Shown here: positions 33,501-39,763 of the stretch, in pieces
How the letters are laid out: every line of letters starts with the position of its first letter
Numbering within the stretch: the first letter of the stretch is position 1
Assembly: GCA_000320545.1 (NCBI GenBank)
Contig: ADNK01000711.1
Span: 1-39,763 of the forward strand
Direction: 5' to 3'
Source of the DNA: Bigelowiella natans CCMP2755
Lineage: Eukaryota > Protista > Cercozoa
DNA length: 39,763 nt
Notes under the pieces: model-generated
What the model was told of the DNA's origin: nothing
Database searches by the model: none
What the model saw: only the letters and a program-made list of their open reading frames with translations
Position numbers and translations under genes: made by a program

Positions 33501-36074
33501 CACCGATGAGCCAGAGTTTGTAGCAAAACTTGTTGCAGAGTGTGAGAAAGTTAACCGGATCGTGATTCTTAAATCTTGGCTTGAGTCTCAACAGAAAGAC
33601 GAGAGTAAAGACCCTGAAGTCTACAACGGTGTGAATTTCGAATTTCAAAACAGAAAAAACAATTGTTTATAAATCTACCCATTTTAATTCTGTTATTTAT
33701 AACTGGAATTATTTATCTGTTTAAATACAGGACTCGCCAAGATCTACGTCGACAATGGCACCAGCAAAGCTGCGGAACAATTCCTCCTGGAGAACGATTT
33801 GTACGATCCTGCTACTGTTGGAAAGTTCTGTGAGAGTCGCGATCCTATGCTAGCTGTTGTTGCATATAAAAATGCAATGGGATCATGTGATGATCAGTTA
33901 ATCGAGGTGACAAACAAGAATGGTTTCTTCAAGGACCAAGCAAAATATCTCGTCGTCAGAGAGGATGTCGATCTTTGGGCAAAGGTCCTTAATGAGGAGA
34001 ATAAATATCGCCGCGAATTGATCGACCAGGTGGTAGCGACTGCTCTGCCCACTGCAGATACTGCACAACAGGTCTCTGTTACTGTGAAGGCCTTTATGAG
34101 TGCCGATCTTCCAAATGAACTTATTGAGCTCCTGGAACGCCTTATTCTACATGACACTGATATCGCAAGAGAGCAGTTCAGGAGTAACAAAAACCTGCAG
34201 AATCTACTGATTCTCACAGCGATCAAGGCTGATAAAGCGCGTGTGATGGATTACGTTAATCGTCTTGACAATTATGAAGGACCTCAAATAGCAAAAATTG
34301 CTTCTCATCCTGAGCACAAATTGTACGATGAAGCGTTTTTCATCTATAAGAAATTTGGAATGGGAGTTGAAGCCATCGAAGTTCTTCTTCAGTGCAAGGA
34401 GGATATCGAGAAAGCCACAGATTTTGCTCAGACATGGGACAAGGCGGATGTATGGGTCATCCTCGGAAAGGCTCAGCTTGACGGAAAGATGACCAAAGAG
34501 GCTATTAATTCCTTCCTTAAGGCAGAAGATCCAGAATACTTCGAGGATGTTATCGCAGCGTCGAAGACTGGAGATTTATTCGAAGATTTGATTAAATTTC
34601 TGCTTATGGCTCGTGCAAAATTGAAAAATCCTTTGCTGGATAACGAACTTATCTACTCATATGCAAAAACAGATAAACTTGGAGAGCTTGAAGATTTTAT
34701 TAATGGAAAGAATAACGCGAAGTACCCAGATATTGGCGAGAGACTTTTCAAAGAAAAGCTGTTTTTAGCTGCTAAGATTATCTACAAATTTATTAAGGAC
34801 AACTCAAAGCTTGCACTATGTTATGTTCATCTTAAGGAATTCAAGAATGCTGTAGATGCTGCAAATGATGCTGGAAAAATTCCTGTTTGGAAGGAAGTTT
34901 GTTTTGCTTGTGTTGCAGCAGAGGAATTCAAATTGGCTCAACGATGTGCAATGCATATAATTGTTTATACCAACCATTTGATGGAACTTGTAATGCACTA
35001 CGAATATCTTGGATATTTTGACCAGCTAATTGAGGTACTCGAGGCTGGTATAGGACTTCAGCGCGCACACCAAGGAATATTTACGCAGCTCGGTATCTGT
35101 TACTGCAAGTACAAGGAAGAAAGTCTTATGCAACACATCAAGGAATACTGGAGCAGGCTCAATATTCCAAAACTACTCCAAGCATGCCGTCAGCATCAAA
35201 AGTGGCTAGAAGTCGTTCATTTATATTCGTACTACAGCCAGCACGATAATGCTATCGAAACCCTTATGGACCACTCTGCTGAATGCTGGTCTCATGATCT
35301 TTTCAAAAAAACTGTTCATCAAGTCTCCAACTCGGAGATGTATTATAAGGCTATCGAATTCTACCTGCAGGAGAAACCACTTCTTCTAAATGACCTTTGC
35401 ACAGATCTCACACCAAAGCTGGATCATTCCCGTGTCGTAACTCTAGTAAAAAGAAAAGGGCACGTTCCTCTTATCAAGGGATATCTACTAAGTGTACAGC
35501 CTGAGAACAACGATATTATTAATGAAGCCATTAACACACTCTTTTATGAAGAAGAAGATCATAAAAATCTATTGAAAAGTGTAGATACCTATCCAAACTT
35601 CGACCAGGCCTCTCTTGCTGCCTTGCTTAAAAAACACGAGTTGCTCGAGTTTCGCCGTATTGCAGCACACATTTACCAGATGAACCAGAGATTTGAGGAA
35701 TCTATAGAGCTCTCCAAGCAAGATGAAATGTGGGATGATGCCATGAAGACTGCTGAAATTTCTGCCAACTCCGCATTGGCAGAAAGTTTACTATACTTTT
35801 TCGTGGATAAGAAAGAGTATGAATGCTTCTCGGCATGTTTATATACCTGTTATGAGCTCATCAAACCTGATGTTGTTCTCGAACTTGCATGGAGAAATAA
35901 TCTTGTAGATTTCGTGATGCCATATATGGTACAAACCTTCACCGATTATAGCAGCAAAATGTCAGTTCTATTTACGAAAGTGGCAAGATTGGAGGAGAAA
36001 TTAGGTGATGGAAAGAACGCTGGAGACGAAGAGAAAGACGAAGGAACGCCGATGCTAACAGCACGTAGATAGAC

Positions 36075-36153
<79 letters not shown>

Positions 36154-36463
36154 CTATGCTAAGATAAGATCCTGAAACGTTTTCCTTGTGTATCTTTCAT
36201 TCGTCCTCAGCACTGATGATAACTGCTGGCCCGGCTGGTATGATGGGAGGTGGTATGCCACCTCCTCCAGGAATGGGAGGCCCTATGGGGCCTGGTGGCC
36301 CTATGATGGGACCACCAATGGGTGGGCCAATGATGGGAGGGATCCCGCCACAACGTGAGATATTACCAAATATAATATGCTGAAATGCAACATTTATCAA
36401 TTATGATTTTAAACTGGGTTTTTTGTTCATGCAGAAGGTTCGCCCTTTTTCCGAGGCACCTAA
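30537..36463 (+). CDS. CLTC: Clathrin heavy chain; about 7 exons including two of ~2.3 kb; Gly/Pro/Met-rich tail
   Basis: MAQQRLSPIGYKEIIK|LPSMAITQGSISFKNVTLQSEKY..., AIMNP...ALR, FWKWI, QIINY, HAACF, SPQGALRT.QT, NTVESIELAKP, SEELGD, PLIYVCDRFGYV, VGKFCESRDP.LA, DLPNELIELLER, NLQNLLILTAIKAD, LLEFRRIAA, PDVVLELAWR: canonical CHC motifs. Terminal exons give LMITAGP...PQQGSPFFRGT* (TAA 36461-36463). Confidence 0.97.
36078..36148. repeat. Compound (TA)n(TG)n microsatellite in a late clathrin intron
   Basis: Direct reading. Confidence 0.9.
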
Positions 36464-36739
36464 AGGAGTTATTGCAGAGATATAAAGAAACACATGATGA
36501 ATATTGTCACGAAATTAAATACAACTGCATAAGTAACAAATCCTAGCCGTAATAATTATAATAAATATTTAGCGCAAGATTCACGGTAAATTACAAATAG
36601 ATGCGCCACGATCGATTCATGCCTAATGTTCTAAATGACATTACTATTTCCTGTGTGTCAATTAGTCATACACTCGATCAGACCGTTTAGGCTAATGTTT
36701 AGATGCATCAAGCACTCGATTTCTCATGGTGTTCGCTTG

Positions 36740-37400
36740 CCCGTATCTCTGCATGATGATCTAGATCTAGCCAAGCTAGCAAGCGTGATGCTTTGCGCTA
36801 GTTTGCGTAGCAAAACGATGAGCAGTGAGACAAAGAATCCACTCGTACGTTCTAGAGTTGGGCAGCAGAACGTACGAGTAGAATGCTAGATTGGCTCCTT
36901 CTAGCCTTCAAGCCTTCTAGCCTTGCTAGCTTGCTAGCTTGCATGCCATTTTGCATCCACTTGCATTCATCTTGTGCACGATGCTAGATTTTTAGACGTC
37001 TAGACGTGCATCTCTTCATCTAGCTAGCTAGCTAGCTAGCTAGAGCTAGCATGCTCTCAATTGTCTTGCTAGCTAGCTAGCTTGCTAGCTTGTGCCATCT
37101 AGCTATGCATGCCAGCATGTCTGATCTGCATGGCTAGCTAGCTAGATGGAGATGTCTAGACGTGTAAGATAAGAGCGCTAGAGCGCAAAAAATGAAAATC
37201 CTTCCACTGCAAATAATGTGAAAATATTTTCCTCCTCAACATCACTAGCTAGCTAGATCATCACGATCACTTGTGCAACGTCAAATGATGTCAGCTAGTC
37301 AGACAAATCGCGACGACAAGTCTGATCACAGCAATGCGCATTGCTAGATTGCTTTGCATCGACGCTACTGGCTAGCTGGCACTTGCACTTGTTAATGATG
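36740..37400. other. CTAG island between convergent clathrin and RhoGEF genes, with a (CTAG)n array at ~37020-37043
   Basis: In the core 36881-37102 every TpA is CTAG or TTAG; exceptions occur toward the edges. Confidence 0.8.
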
Positions 37401-37550
37401 GTCAACGTTTTTTCTAAAGTGTCTTTTTGCAAGATGTCTGTACTGCACTGTAATGTTTAGATTCTAGAGATTGAGCCACGAGATCTACTATGTTGATAAC
37501 TGATCTTCTGAAAACCTAGATGTTCCCAATGGATAATAATCATTTATTCA

Positions 37551-39049
37551 TCATCGCTGGGATTGACCTTGCGACGAAAACATCCTTCGCCGGCGACTAT
37601 CTTGCGCTACATCTGCTGTATCTATGGCCAAACGCAGCTGCTGTGAAAAGCGATCTAATGATTATTGCAAAAGTTTGTCGGCCATTGAGCTTGAATCATT
37701 AAAAATCAAACCCTCACACTTACGACGGTTTTCTAGGGATTTGTTCATAGCATCATCAAGTCAGTCATGCTGTGCAGGACCTGCCGCTTTTTGCGATGTG
37801 AATTTCACCGAAAGGAACACGGGAATGTCGTCATACGTACACGTCACGCCGTCGCCATACTGGTCTTTACCGTTATCACCATCATCCATATCGTTGCCTC
37901 TAGTCTGCAAACCAATTGTGATGTACAAGGATGATATTAGTCCTGCCCGTTTTTACTACAACACAAAGCAGCAACAGCTTTGAGAAACGAAACAGTGGAC
38001 ATCCGCACAAGCACACGCACACACGCACACATGTACATACACCTACGCAAAAATATTGTAGCACTTACTCTCGGTAGGAAGATGCAAAGAGATGCTGATA
38101 GTAATGCAGATGTCGTGGGCAGCGCCGCTTTATCGCTGAGCTCCTCTTTATTATCGACATCGTTTGAGCGCATCGTTAATACTCGAGCGCCAAACAGAGA
38201 GGTGCACCCAAGGCATCGTCCCTTCATATATCAAATCCACCATGTTCTCAAAAGTGCGTCCTGCTGGAACATACATCGGCAACGAAAACAGGGAAAACAC
38301 GTTCGAATAGGTCTGAATGTGGATTACGTCCTCGTCGGCCCAGAGCAGCAAATCAGTGAACAATACAACTTTCCCCCTCCTCCAGGCCACGGCCCCAGTA
38401 GTCTGACGCAGATATGCACAAATTTGTCAGATAACCCTTGAAATCCACATCAAGGTTACTCGAGTTCTACATTACAGACACGCAACACCCCAGGATTTAA
38501 TTCATGACCGCACCGGCTTAAATGGAGCCGAAGATAAATCATGAGGCGAATGGCTCTCCTTGTTCTCGCTTGAAACACCCCTTGACTCGGTAAGGGAGAT
38601 ACCGACGACGTCCATCAAAAGCTGTCGCGAGGGCGCAAACAGCGGAAACGGCAAGTTCCCTGCATGTTGAAGTACCAAAAAATGATGTTCTCTGTATTAA
38701 AACACACCAAAAAAAAGGCGCAATTACCGAGGGTTTCCTGCAGCTTTCGCACCCGTCCGATGTCCTATTTTTTATGAAAATCGCCAATGCATCATCTCTT
38801 AGGAGGCTGGCAAACACAGCCGGTGCATGGGAAAAACAGCCAATGAAAGAATTGGAGAGAAACCGTTTTAGGAAAAACACCGATAAGCTAGAGTCTACCA
38901 CCACCTCTGCATTTCGTTGAAGCCGTTCGTTGCTCATTGCTACCTCCCGGATGGCCTTGGATTAGGCCGAAGGTTTTAGTGCATCTCCCACCGAGCACAT
39001 TATGATTATTTGTGATGAAGAATGCATGGTAACATACGAAAGTCGATCA

Positions 39050-39090
<41 letters not shown>

Positions 39091-39763
39091 TGTATGTGTG
39101 TGTGTGTGTGTGTGTGTGTTCATCCTACAACTAGTCTCTGCACCTTGTGCGCTCTGATAACGTTTTTATACTCCGCTTCGCTCTTTTCCTCCTCGGAATA
39201 ATGGCCGATGAGAGTCTTCAGTAGAAGCTCGTAGCGAGGGATCCGCTGGCACGGCATGATTAGATAGCTGTGTAAGTCCAGAAACCGCCTGCGCCCGGCG
39301 TCCTTCTTGCGGCGCTGTTCCTGCAGAAACCGCGAGAACGTCCGCGACTTCTGCTGATACGACTTGACTAGGTCGCAGGCGTTGTTGTAGTTCTGCAGGT
39401 ACTGCGCGTAGATCCCAAACCACTTGCCGAATCTAAGTGAGTAAGTAGTCGGCACACTGTGAGGAGGGGAGGCCTGCAAGAACAGGCTGTTCAAATGGTG
39501 TTCGTTGCCGCGCAAATGTAAAGCCCCACTCGCATCGCAATCAAGAGGACAACAGGCCGCCGCGCGTGCGTTAAGGGAGAATGGAATATGGTGTTGTCGT
39601 TGTTGTCGTTGTTGTTGTGATTTGACGACTTTATGAACACGAGGGAAATGTCGCTTTTGCTGCTGTAGGCCTTGTCGAGCTCCTAGGAATAGTAACAACC
39701 CAAGAAATCAAACGATCGCTTTTAATCCACACGTTGACGAACGTATCGCTATATATGCTATAT
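37551..39763 (-). CDS. DH-PH RhoGEF, 3' part (5' portion beyond the window end)
   Basis: Exon 39432-39144: FGKWFGIYAQYLQNYNNA...LDLHSYLIMPCQRIPRYELLLKTLI (Dbl-homology L.S.LI.PVQRIPRY.LLL). Downstream exons AIREVAMSNERLQRNAE, RRGKVVLFTDLLLWA (PH beta strands) and SVKFTSQKAA|DRFSQQLRLAID (PH-like terminal helix), stop at 37551-37553. Intermediate exons approximate. Confidence 0.8.

Noticed and set aside
37020-37080. CRISPR-like or telomeric array
   Set aside because: Simple (CTAG)n/(AGCT)n repeat without spacers; not a telomere motif.

Overview
Gene-dense eukaryotic nuclear DNA with spliceosomal introns, many of them carrying (TA)n/(CA)n/(GA)n microsatellites. A plastid-type ATP synthase gamma gene with a signal+transit-like leader points to an alga with a secondary plastid (chlorarachniophyte-like is my inference, not proven). 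Exons spliced by hand give, in order: 3' part of a PP2A scaffold A subunit (+), TFIIH p34/Tfb4 (-), a 70-aa Pol I A14-like protein (+), a poorly resolved micro-exon gene (+), a divergent plastid AtpC (-), a MAPEG protein (+), a 63-aa S1FA-like protein (-), a TMEM65-GAF fusion (+), an intact young Ty3/gypsy LTR retrotransposon (24247-29962; identical 326-bp LTRs, GGCT target-site duplication, single 1657-aa ORF), clathrin heavy chain (+) and the 3' part of a DH-PH RhoGEF (-). Two signals stand out. (1) Intergenic islands downstream of gene 3' ends have lost TpA almost completely except in YTAR, mainly CTAG, context, and are rich in TGCA/CATG, as expected from a context-specific A:T->G:C ('reverse-RIP') process that spares genes. 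(2) The retrotransposon sits inside the most extreme island and carries, after integrase, a C-terminal domain resembling the Dam-like N6-adenine methyltransferase of DIRS elements. All counts and splice models were made by eye and need computational confirmation.
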